From NCBI RefSeq assembly GCF_009914755.1, contig NC_060928.1: 64,000 bases of DNA. One strand, 5' to 3'. Shown piece by piece: positions 1-11,007 of this stretch; the stretch's first letter is position 1, and each line of letters begins with the position of its first letter. The stretch is from the human T2T-CHM13v2.0 reference genome, Homo sapiens. Below the pieces are notes generated by a model. It made no database searches. It worked only from the letters and a program-made list of their open reading frames with translations, and was not told where the DNA came from. A program made the translations under genes and the position numbers.

Positions 1-3000
1 GTTTGTACTAATTGAAATTCCCACCAATATGTACAAGCATTCCCTCTTCTCTGCATCCCGACCAACATCTGTTGTTTACTGACTTTTCAATAATAGCCAT
101 TCTCTCTGGTGTGAGGTGGTACGTCATTGAAGTTTTAATTTACATTTCTCTGATAATTAGTGATGTTGAACATTATTCATGTTTGTTAGCTGCTTGTATA
201 GCTTCTTTTGAAGAATTTTGTTCATGTCCTTTGCCCACTTTTTTATAGAGTTATTTTTTTTCTTGTTGATTTATTTGAGTTCCTTGTAGATTCTGGGTAT
301 TCGTCATTTGGCAGATGCATAGTTTGCAGATATTTTCTCCCATTCTGTATTTGCCTCTTTACTATGTTGATTATTTACTTCATTGTGCTAAGAAGCTCTC
401 TTGTTTAATTAAGTCTCATTGGTCTATTTTCATTTTTGTTGCATTTGCTTGTGAAATATTAGTCATAAATTCTTTGCTTAGGCCAATGCCTAGAAGAGTT
501 TTTCCTAGGTTTGCTTCTAGGATTTTTATAGTTTCATCTTTAATGTATATTGATTCAATATTTGTATGTAGTGAGAGATAAGAGTCCAGTTTATTTCTCT
601 GCACATGGCTATGCATTTTTTCCAGCACCATTGATTGAGTAGGGTGTCCTTTCCCCATTGTGTATTTTTGTCAACTTTGTTGAAGATCAATTGACTGTAG
701 TTATGTGGCTTTATGTCTGGGTTCTCTATTCTATTCCATTGATATATTTGTCTACTTTTATATCAGTACCACACTGTTTTGGTTACAATAACCTTATAGT
801 GTAGTTTGAAGTCAGGAAATGTTACAGTTTTAGATTTGTTCTTTCTAGGATTGTTTTGGCTATTTGGGCTATTTTCTGGTTCCAAAGTTTTTGGATAATT
901 TTTATTAATTGTGTAAGAAAAGATGGTAATTTGATAAGGATTACATTAAATCTGTAGATTGCTTTGGGCAATGTGGTCACTTAAATGACCTATCCATGAA
1001 CGTGAGATGTTTTTCTATTTGTTGCGTCTGTGATTTCTTTTCTTTCTTCTTTTTTTTGTAGCTTAAACACAAATTTATTTTTCATAGTTCTGGAGCCTGG
1101 GAAGTCCAAGATCAAGCTACTGGCACTTCTATCGTCTGGTGAGGGCCTGCTTGCATCCTCATTTGCAGATAGCAGTCTTCTCATTGTATCTTCACATGGC
1201 AGAGAGCACAGAGAAAGGAAGCAAACTCTTTCCTGTCTCTTCTTACAAGGGCACACTTTCATCAGTGTTTTATCCTTTTCCTTGTAGAGATCTTTCACCT
1301 CCTCTGTTAAATGCATTCTGTCGTATTTTACTTATTTATTTTTGTGTCTGTGTAAATTGAATTGAGTTCTTGATTTAGTTCTTAGTTTGAATGTTATTGG
1401 TATTTAGAAATGCTATTGATTTATGTATGTTAATTTTGTATGCTGAAACTTTACTGAAGTCACTTATTAAATCTAAGAGCCTTTTGGAGGATTCTTTGGG
1501 GCTTTCTTGGTATACAATTATGCCATCAGTGAACAGAGATAATTTGGCTTTCTCTTTTCAAATTTGAATGCCTTTTATTTCTTTCTCTTGCTTGATCTAT
1601 ATAGGAATTTTAGTGCAGTGTTTAATAGGAGTGGTGAGAGTGGGCATTCTTACCTTGTTCCAGTTCTTAGGGAAAATGCTTTCAGCTTTTCCCTACTCAG
1701 TATAATGTTGGCTGTGGGTTTGTCATATATTGGTTTTATTATTTGAGGCTTATTCTTTTGATGCCTAGTTTGTTGATATTTTTTATCAGGAAGGGATGCT
1801 GGATTTTATATAATGCTTTTCCTGCATCAGTTGAGGTAATTATATGGTTTTGCATTTAATTCTGTTTATGTGGCAAATCACATTTATTGACTTGTGTATG
1901 CAGAACTATCATAACATCTCTGGAATAAATTCCACTTTATCATAGTGTATTATATTTTTAAAGTGCTATTGGATTAGTTTTCTATCATTTTGTTAAGGGT
2001 CTTTGCATCTATGTTCATCACGAATATTGGCATATAGTTTCCTTTTTTTATAATGCCCTTGCCAAGTTCTGGTATCATGTTGATACTGGTTTCATAGAAT
2101 TAGTTAGGAAGGATTCCTTCCTCCTTGATTTTTTGGGATAGTTTCTGTAATATTGGTGCCATCTCTTCTTTGTACATCTGGCAAAATTCAGCTGTGAGTC
2201 CATCTGGTACTGAGCTTTTTTTTGGTTGGTCATATTTTTTTAATGCTGATTCAATTTCACTACTAATTGTTGGTCTGTTCAGGATTTCAACTTTTTTTCT
2301 AGTTCAATTTTGACATGTCGTATGTTTCCAGGAATTTATGTATTTCCTTTGGTTTTCTAGTTTCTGTGCACAGAGATATTCACAGTAGTCCCTAATGATC
2401 TCGTGTATTTCTGTGGTATCAATTTTGATGTAAACTTTACCTCTTCTGATTGTGCTTATTTAAATATATTGTTTTTGGTTAATCTAGCTGTCAGTCTATC
2501 AATATTATCTTTTCAAAGACTTTCTTTTTGATTTTTTATCCTGTGAATCTTTTTACTTTTTTGGTCTAAAAATCATTTAGTTCTGCACTGATTTTTTTTT
2601 CTACTACTAGCTTTAGGTTTGGTTTAGTCTTTTTTTTTTCTAGTTCTTTGAGGTGGGAAATTTGATTGTTAATTTAAAATCTTTCTATCTTCTTGATGTA
2701 GGCATTTAACACTATAAACTTTTCCTTTTAGGACTGAGTTTGCTGTATTCCATAGGTTTTGGTATGGTGTGTTTCTATTCGCATTCATTTCAGAAATTTT
2801 TTGCTGTCTATTTTTGTTGTTTACCTAAAAGTCATTAAGGAGAAGTTGTTTTCCGTCTATGTACTTGTGTGGCTGAACATTGTTTGTATTAATTTCTAAT
2901 TTTATTCCACTGTGGTCTGAGAAGATACTTCATATAATTTCAATTTTTTTGGAATTTATTGATATTTGCTTTATGGCCAAGCATATGGTCTACTTTGAAG

Positions 3001-3650
3001 TATATTCCATGTGCAGATGAGAAAAATTGTATTCTGCATTTGTTGGGTAAAATGTATTGTAAATGTCTATTAGGTCCATATGATCTAGAGTCCATTTATG
3101 TCCAGAATTTCTTTTTTGATTTTCTGCATCATTGATATTTCTACTCCTTCAGTGGGATATTGCAGTCCCCACTATTATTGTATTCCTTTCTGTCTCTGTT
3201 CTTAGTTCTTGTATTATTTGTTTTATGAATCTGGATGGTATGGCATTGGGTGCATATATACTCAGGATAGTTATATCTTCTTGTTGAATTGAAACCTTTA
3301 TTATTATATAATGCCTTTTTTGGTCTTTTTTATTGTTGGTGTTGATAAAATCATAGCTACTCCTGGTTGTTTTTGTTTCCATTTGCATGGTATATCTTTC
3401 TTCATCCCTCTACCTTGAGTCTGTGATTGTCTTTACCTCTCTGATGTGTTTCTCGTAGGCAGCAAAGGGTCGAATCTTATTGATTTTTATTTAATTTGCA
3501 ATTCTATACTTTTAAGTGGAGCATTTAGTCCTTTTATTTTCAGTGTTAATACTGATACGTGAGGTTTGGTTCCTGTCATTGTTACCTAGTTGCTTTGTAG
3601 TCTGAATTGTATAATTTCTTTATAGTATCTGTGAGCTTTGAATTTTTGTG
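1..3650 (-). mobile_element. LINE-1 (L1PB-like) ORF2 region plus inter-ORF spacer, decayed, runs off the left edge
   Basis: Minus-strand ORF2 peptides (IKDETIKILEANLGKTLLGIGLSKEFMT at 416-658; endonuclease-region SIQQEDITILSIYAPN at 3149-3388). ORF2 start context (reverse complement ATGACAGGAACCAAACCTCAC) lies near 3560-3580. Many stops and frameshifts; interrupted at 1038-1256. Confidence 0.93.
1038..1256 (-). mobile_element. MaLR LTR fragment (MLT1A/MSTD-like) ending in a poly(A)-like tail, inserted in the L1
   Basis: Typical MaLR text (aaatttattt..catagttctggag..gggaagtccaagatcaag..tctggtgagggcctgctt..tcttacaagggcac). T-rich tract at 1034-1057. L1 sequence resumes in register at 1257. Confidence 0.85.
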
Positions 3651-3703
3651 GAAAAATCATAGACGCAACAAATAGAAAAACATCTCACGTTCATGGATAG
3701 GTC

Positions 3704-4428
3704 TAGTTTATTCTTCTTCTTCTAGTTCATTGAAGTGTAAAATGAGATTGTTTATTTGAGATTTTTTTTAATATAGGCATTTATTGCTATAAACTTCCAT
3801 CTTATAACTGTCTTTCTGCATTCCATAAGTTTTTGGTATGTTGTGTTTTCACTTTTTTTTGCTTTAAGGTATTTTTTATTTTCTTTATAATTTCTTCTTT
3901 GACCCATGATTGTTAAAGAGGGTTTCTGAATTTTCACATATTTGTGAATTTTCCAATTATCTTCCTGATATTGATTTCTAATTTCAGACCATTATGCTAG
4001 GAAAATAAATTTGATATAATTTTAAACTTCTTAAATTTCTTAAGGCTTGTTTTGTGACCCAACATATGACCCATTCTGGAGGATTCTTCATGTCCACTTG
4101 AGAAGAATGTGTAGTCTGCTGCTGTTGGATGGAAGGTTCTGTATATGTCTGTTAGATCCATTTGCTCCTTAGTGTTATCCAAGCGTCATTCTGCTCTTTC
4201 CTTATTGATTTCTGTCTGGATGACTTATCTATTATTGAAAGTGATATATTGAGATCCATCCATTTTGTGTTTCTGTCCATTTCTTCCTTCAGTTCTGCTG
4301 ATATTGGTTTTATATATTTAAGTGCTGCAATAGAGGGTACATATATATTTATAATTGTTATATTCACTTGATGATTTTTACCTTTTGTCAGTTTATTATA
4401 ATCTTTTTTTGTCTCTTGTGACAGTTTC
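3704..4428 (-). mobile_element. L1MA-type ORF2 endonuclease-region fragment (inverted part of the element at 4429-6180)
   Basis: ORFs 3997-4182 ([37 protein letters not shown]) and 4152-4430 (ITIINIYVPS) are L1 EN motifs. Confidence 0.9.
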
Positions 4429-5156
4429 ATATAGAATCACAAAAGACCCTGAATAGCCAAGGAAATTTTGATTAAAGAAAACAAAACTGGAGGCATATTT
4501 TATCTGATTAAAAATATATTACAAAGTTACAGTAATCACAACAGTATAGTACTGACATAAAACTACACATGCAGACCAGTGAAGCAGAACAGAGAGCCTA
4601 GAAAAAAATCCGCACATTTACAGTCAAGTGATCTTTGACAAAGATGCCAAGAACACATAACGGGGAAAAATAGTCTCTTCAATAAATGCTATTGGGAAAA
4701 CTGGATATCCACTTGCAGAAGAATGAATCTGGATCCTTATCTCAAACAATATACCAAAATCATCTAAAAATGGATTAAAGACTTAAGACCTGAACCTATA
4801 AAACTTCTAGAATAAAACATAGGGGAAACAGCTTCTTTTGACATTTGCCTGGGTAATGGTTTTTTGGTTATAACCTCAGAAGCAGAGGCAACAATGGCAA
4901 AAATAGACAAGTGAGATTTCATCAAATTAACTAGCTTCTGCACAGCAAAATAAATGATCACCAGAGTAAAAAGAAAGCCTACTGAATGAAGAAAATATTT
5001 CCAAACCATACATCTGATAAGACATTAATATCAAAAACATATAGGGAACTCCTACAATTCAATAGCAGAGAACAAATAACTTGATTAGAAAATAGGCAAA
5101 GGACATATTTCTTCATAGAATACATACAAATTATCAACAGGTATATGAAAAGATGC

Positions 5157-5759
5157 TCTATTGGGTTATTCTTGCATTGCCATACATAAATATCTGAGAC
5201 TAGGTAACTTATAGAAAAATAGGTTTAATTGGCTCACAGTTTTGCAGGCTGTAAAGGAAGCATAGCACTGGCATTGCTTTAGGGAGGCCTTAGGAAGCTT
5301 ACAATCATGTGTTTTTTTTCACCGTTAAAATGGTTTAATGTCAATGAAAGATGAGATCAGAGATTTACAAGCAGATTTCAGAACACAAACATTGATTCCT
5401 AAATGGTTTCTCTCCCTATCAGAAGCCTAAATATGAACATATACAAATCTTAGAGGTTTTTTTAAAAAGCATGTTTTTAATTTCATTTTATTACATCTAC
5501 AGTTGACAAACATGCAAAGGAGGAGCAGGTTTCTCACATGGTGGAAGCAGGAGCAAGAGAGAGAATGGGGACTGTTGGGGAGGGAGTACACACTGTAAAT
5601 GACCATATCTTGTGAGAACTCACTATCTTGAAGACAGCACCAAGCCATAAGGGATCTGCCCCCATGATCGAAACAGCTCCCACCAGGCTCCACCTCTAGC
5701 ATTGGGGATTACAATTCAACATGAGATTTGAGTGGGGAACAAATATCCAAATTATATCA
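5157..5759 (-). mobile_element. MSTA/MSTB-like solo LTR (ERVL-MaLR)
   Basis: MST text (ggtttaattggctcacag..ggaagcttacaatcatg..attacaattcaacatgagatttg..atatca). 5-bp TSD GATGC at 5152-5156 and 5760-5764. Confidence 0.92.
5310..5505 (-). pseudogene. Probable short retrocopy of an unidentified transcript 3' end, inside the MST LTR
   Basis: Non-MST sequence. T8 at 5312-5319 and TTTAAT at 5334-5339 (ATTAAA on minus, about 15 nt before the tail). Flanked by ACAATCATG (5301-5309) and ACAAACATG (5506-5514). Confidence 0.6.
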
Positions 5760-6344
5760 GATGCTCAGTATCACTAGTCATAAGAGAAATATGAACAAAA
5801 ACCACAATGAGATATCACTTCACATATGTTAGAATGGCTAGTATCAAAAAGACAAAGATAACAAGCGTTGATGAGGATGCAAAGAAAAGGGAACCCTTGC
5901 ACTCTGTTAGTGGGAATGTAAATTGGTCCAACCATTATGGAAAAAAGTACAGAGGAGGGATATTTGCTAAGAGAGTGGATTTTAAGTGTTCTCTCTATCA
6001 CTCACAACATATACAAACACACAGTGATTATGTGAGGTGTGAGGTGTGCTAATTAGCTTGATTGTTGTAATCATCTCACAATGTATAGAAATATCAAAAT
6101 ATCACATTGAACTCCTCAAATATATACAATTTTTATTTATCAGTGTATACCCAAATGAAGCTAGAAAACATAAACATGAAATAAAATTATCCAATGAGCA
6201 AAAATAATAATAGTAATAATAATAATTCTCTGTGAATACACAAGTAGGGATTATTCATATATTGTAGTTCTCCACAAGACTAGAAGAAAGTTGGCCTATT
6301 TCTCACAGTACTCTTCTTTTCCCAAAGTTAAGTAATTTTATTTT

Positions 6345-7285
6345 TTTAAATGATTTGCCTTTTTATTACTATATTTTTTGGCTAATAATACTTTACATGA
6401 CACCCACTCAACAAATTTTTAAGTGCACAAGTCAGTATTGTTAACTATAGGCAGATGTTTTACAGAAGATATCCAGAACTTATTTATCTTGCATAAATGT
6501 AACTTTATACCACTTGCACAGCAAATTTTCATTTCCTTCTCACAGCCCCCTGAAAACCGCTATTTTACTCTCTGTTTTCATGAGTTTGACTATTTTAGAT
6601 ACCTCATATAGGTGATATCATGAATGGCCTATTTCACTAAGCATAGCTTCCTCCAGATTCATTCATATTGTTACTCATAGCAGGGTTTTCTTCTTTTTTA
6701 AGGCTGAATAATATTCCATTAGGTGTATATACCATATTTTTTAATCCATTTATCTGTCAATAGACATTTAGGTTGTCTTCGTATCTTGGCTATTGTAAAT
6801 AATGTTGCAATGAACATGAGAGTGCAGGTATCTTTTTAACCTACTTTTGGATATAATCACAGAAGTGTGATTGCTGAATTATATGGAAGTTCTATTTTTA
6901 ACGTTTTGAAGAAACTTCATATTGTTTACTATTGTGGCTTCACCATTGTACATTCTACCAATTATGTACAAATATTCCAATTTTTCTACATCTTCGCCAA
7001 TACTTAAAAAAAGTTTTGATAATAGCCATCCTACTAGTGTAAGGTCATATCTCATTATGGCTTTAATTTGATTTTTCTTAATGATTAATGGTTTTGATCA
7101 TTTTAAAAATATAACTCTTGGCCATTCGTATGTCTGCTTTGAAGAAATGCCTGTTCAGGAGTCCTTTGTGCATTTTTTATAGATTTTTATTTTTTTGCTA
7201 TTGAGTAGTAGGAGTTTCTTATATATATTTGGATATTAACACTTTATTAGACGTATGGTTTTTAAATATTTTCTCCCATTTCATT
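6345..7285 (-). mobile_element. L1MA9-like 3'UTR and ORF2 end, 5'-truncated
   Basis: aaatttttaagtgcacaa..gtattgttaactataggca..ccagaacttattt is the antisense L1MA 3' end, followed by ORF2 C-terminal sequence. Confidence 0.85.
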
Positions 7286-7824
7286 ACAGCTAAACAATTC
7301 TTATCCCAAGTTGGAGAATTTTCCTGTTTATTAATGGTCCCTGTATTCAGAAAGTATTCATAAGAATAAGCCCCATAGTAGTTGGTCAATATCTGGTTTT
7401 GAGATGAAGCAGACTTCTTAAGTCAGTGATGGAATCAATACAATTTCCATCATTTCTTACACCAAATTTATTCTTTATTAATAGGGAAATGAATATAGCT
7501 TTGTTTACTGATGGCATTTTTAGATGAACATATTGACTGACATACAATTTCTCTTCTTGTAAAAGTTCTGTTCATTAATAATTTCTCTTATTCTTAATAA
7601 TTACATGTATTTTTGTTATATAATTTTAAATAAACCTTAATTGCATTATTTTCTTGTAAATATGATTTTAATGTTATTGAAACTTCTAGATTTTGTAAAA
7701 AATCTTTCTGGGAAGAAGAGGTTAGAATTTATAAAACTTCGTAAGCACTCCAAAGATAAGAATTCACTAATTTCTAACAGAAGAAGTTAAAATCTTTATG
7801 TAAAGGATTATTTTCGTTAAATAC

Positions 7825-8303
7825 TGGCAAAGGTTATCTGCTTGACTAAAATTTAGTTAGCCCTCTCCTCTTCTATCTGTGTACTTTCTTCTACAGTCCA
7901 GTTTTAGCAAAGAACCTTTCTAAGTCAGTTTAGCAAGAACCCTCTTTCTTTGATATCAGATCACCTTTGATATCTGATCATGTTCTTCATCCTCCACCAC
8001 ACCCCAAGTAATGTCCGATCATCCCTGACTCTCTTCAGCAAGAACAGAACACTATTAAGTCAGTTTAACGAGAATCCCCATTACCCTTAATTCTTTTTCT
8101 TAATCAGCTTCCATCTATTGATTCTTACCATGTTCCTTAGCTATAAATTCCCACTTGCCCACGCTGTACTCAAAGTTGGGTCCAGTACCTCTCCCTGGCT
8201 ACAAAACCCCATTGCGATAGTCCCTATACCTATCATGATGGTCCTGAATAAAATCTTCCTTATCATGCTATAGCAAGTACTACTGAATATTTTTTATTTA
8301 AAA
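7825..8303 (+). mobile_element. MER31-like ERV1 solo LTR
   Basis: cttgactaaaatttagttag, ccagttttagcaaagaa..taagtcagtttagcaagaa, TATA-like ctataaattcccacttg and AATAAA near 8247. Candidate 4-bp TSD ATAC at 7821-7824 and 8304-8307. Confidence 0.8.
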
Positions 8304-8529
8304 ATACAAAGAAAGATTTCTGGAAAGTAAAGTATGATATGCATGAGCAAATAATAGACTGAAGCTTTACAGCCTCATTTTTATTAAACAGTAGAGATTC
8401 CTATCTGGTTTAGAATAGCTCAATTTGGATAATGTCTGTTAAGAAGTGGATGAGGTAAAGATATTAACTGGATGCCTTCTAGAAGAACTTTTCAAGGTTA
8501 TGGCAGGGTTTATGAATTCATTAAATAAA

Positions 8530-8563
8530 TGAACAAAGTAATAAGGTGAACAAAGTAATAAGG
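8530..8563. repeat. Perfect 17-bp tandem duplication TGAACAAAGTAATAAGG x2
   Basis: Read directly. Confidence 0.95.
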
Positions 8564-8809
8564 TAAACGTATCAATTCTTTTCATTTTTTATACTTGAGA
8601 GTTTTCAAGGGTTAAAACAAGGGTTATAGAAATCTGGCTTCTTCCTAAGTACTTTCAACAGAGAAGAATAGTGACCAATAGTTTGTAGAGAAAAAAGCCA
8701 AAGAGAAGAGTTTTATGTAATGTAACTACCATGAATTGATGCTATTATGGTGTCACTTTCTAAAAATAAGTCTTCATTAATATTTTTAAATAGTTTGCTG
8801 TGAGTAAAG

Positions 8810-9390
8810 TATGGTAGGCCCATTAATGCCCCCCCCCACCAAATGTGGCTACATGCTTATCCCTGGAACCTATGAACATGTTATCTTACATGGCAAGATG
8901 GAATTTTGCAGATAAAATTAAGGTTGCTAATAGCTGACATTAAAATCAGGAGACTATCCTAAATTATCTGATAGATCCATTGTAATCACATGGACCCTTA
9001 AAAGCAGATGATAAAGGCAGAAGGCTCAATGAGATAAATGTGATGAGGGAACAAGAGGCAGAAGAAATTTGAAATTTGAAAGGGACTTGACTCATAGTTG
9101 TTGGCTTTGACGATGGACAAAGGGGGCCATAAGCCAAGGAATTCAAACAGCCACCAGTGAAATGGGGTATGGCTATCCTATAATTGCAAGAAATTATATC
9201 TTGCCAACAATCTGATTGAGCAAAGAAATGGATTCTACCCTAGAGCTTCCAATTGGGAATGCCATTTGGATGATACCATGATGAGACCCTATTGGACTAT
9301 GACTAACAGAACTGTAAGATAACAAATGTGGGTTGTTTAAGCTGCTTAATTTGTGGCATTTTGTTTTGTCAAGAGCAGAAAACTAATATA
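8810..9390 (+). mobile_element. MLT1 (MLT1E-like) solo LTR
   Basis: atccctggaacctatgaacatgttatcttacatggcaa..aattaaggttgctaa..gttgtttaagctgc..aaactaata. Confidence 0.85.
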
Positions 9391-10269
9391 GCATGCAATT
9401 TCTTATATAACAATATTTAACTACTTATAATCAATGACATACAAAACACTCATGAAGAGTTTTATGCATTTAGTATTCTAATTTAAGAAAAATGGTTCAA
9501 AATAATAAGTAAAGGTATGAATTTTCTTTTTATGCCCAGGAAAAGTAGGCTCTAGAAAACCACAGGGTCATGGAAATGATATGAGTCATGACAATCATTC
9601 CCAATTCTCTGAACTTAAGGCCTCACCTGGCCACAGATCTATCAGTCTGACTGACAAATGCTAGGACTGTAGGTGTTAGCAGAAAAGAATGCAAAGGGAG
9701 GGAGAAATGGGGTCCTCCTGGGAATGTACAGCATAATTTGAAACAGAGATTTGATAAGTGTACCAGTTGTCAGATTAAAGAAGTTTGTACAAATACCTAC
9801 CTTTCAGGCATGTTTCTAATATCAGAGAACTGCTGAGAATATTTGGCAAGAAATGGCACAGGGCTGCTTTTTCACACTGTCCACTTAGACTCAGGTCTCT
9901 TTTCATCTGGTTTTGGCTGCCCTTGCTGCCATACTTATTTTGAGATATCACTTGTTCTCCTATCATGCCATCTCCATCTGACCCATTCGCTGGAAGATCT
10001 GAAACAGTTTCAGGCTGAGTAGCATGTTAGGGTATGCCTAGTGCATACCTAAGCAGCTATTAGCCAGAAGACATGCATTGTGATCTTGATTTATTCCCAT
10101 TATTTAAATATTTACCAGGATGACAAGTGCTGAACTCTGTGTTCTGTGCTTCATCACTAAGACAATTCCCCAAAGAGAAACAGCAGTGGAAAAGCACAGA
10201 TACCAATTCTTGAAAAATGAGCTTTTGTTTGCATAAAGAGTTAAGTTGCAGAAATAATAAACTAAGTTA

Positions 10270-10563
<294 letters not shown>

Positions 10564-11007
10564 TTAAACAAATTTTACACAAATTTTTTCAAGCACAAAG
10601 GTACACATTGATTTCAGGCATGAAATTGAATTAATAATTCTCCACCATCACATAACTTGAATGTGGTAAAACAGGTTTTACTTACTTTACTGCATAAAAA
10701 AAATTCTGCTGCAACATGGAAGATACTGTCTAAGAGTAGGTTCTATTACCAATCTGTACCACTTCAGTATTGAATACTTACAGGAATTCTTTATTGCAAT
10801 ATGATAATAAGCAAATTAAATTTTGTAGTAAAATGACAAAGGCAGTGGTTAAAATTTAGGTGTGAATGTTAAATGTCCATTTAAAAGGGTGGATAGAATT
10901 GAAGGTTTATCAAAGTAATTGTGGTCACCAATGTTGAGAAAACAGAATAAAGACAGACAAAGACAAATGGAGATGACACTTGAACAGAAGGAACAGTAAA
11001 GGTTTCT

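Larger units (their letters stand above)
4429..6180 (+). mobile_element. L1MA8/9-like ORF2 3' part and 3'UTR
   Basis: ORF 5807-6052 (MRYHFTYVRMASIKK) is the ORF2 C-terminus. L1MA-type 3' end (aattagcttgattgttgtaatcatctcacaatgtata..aaatatatacaatttttattt). Internal deletion near 5955; interrupted by an MST LTR. Confidence 0.88.
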
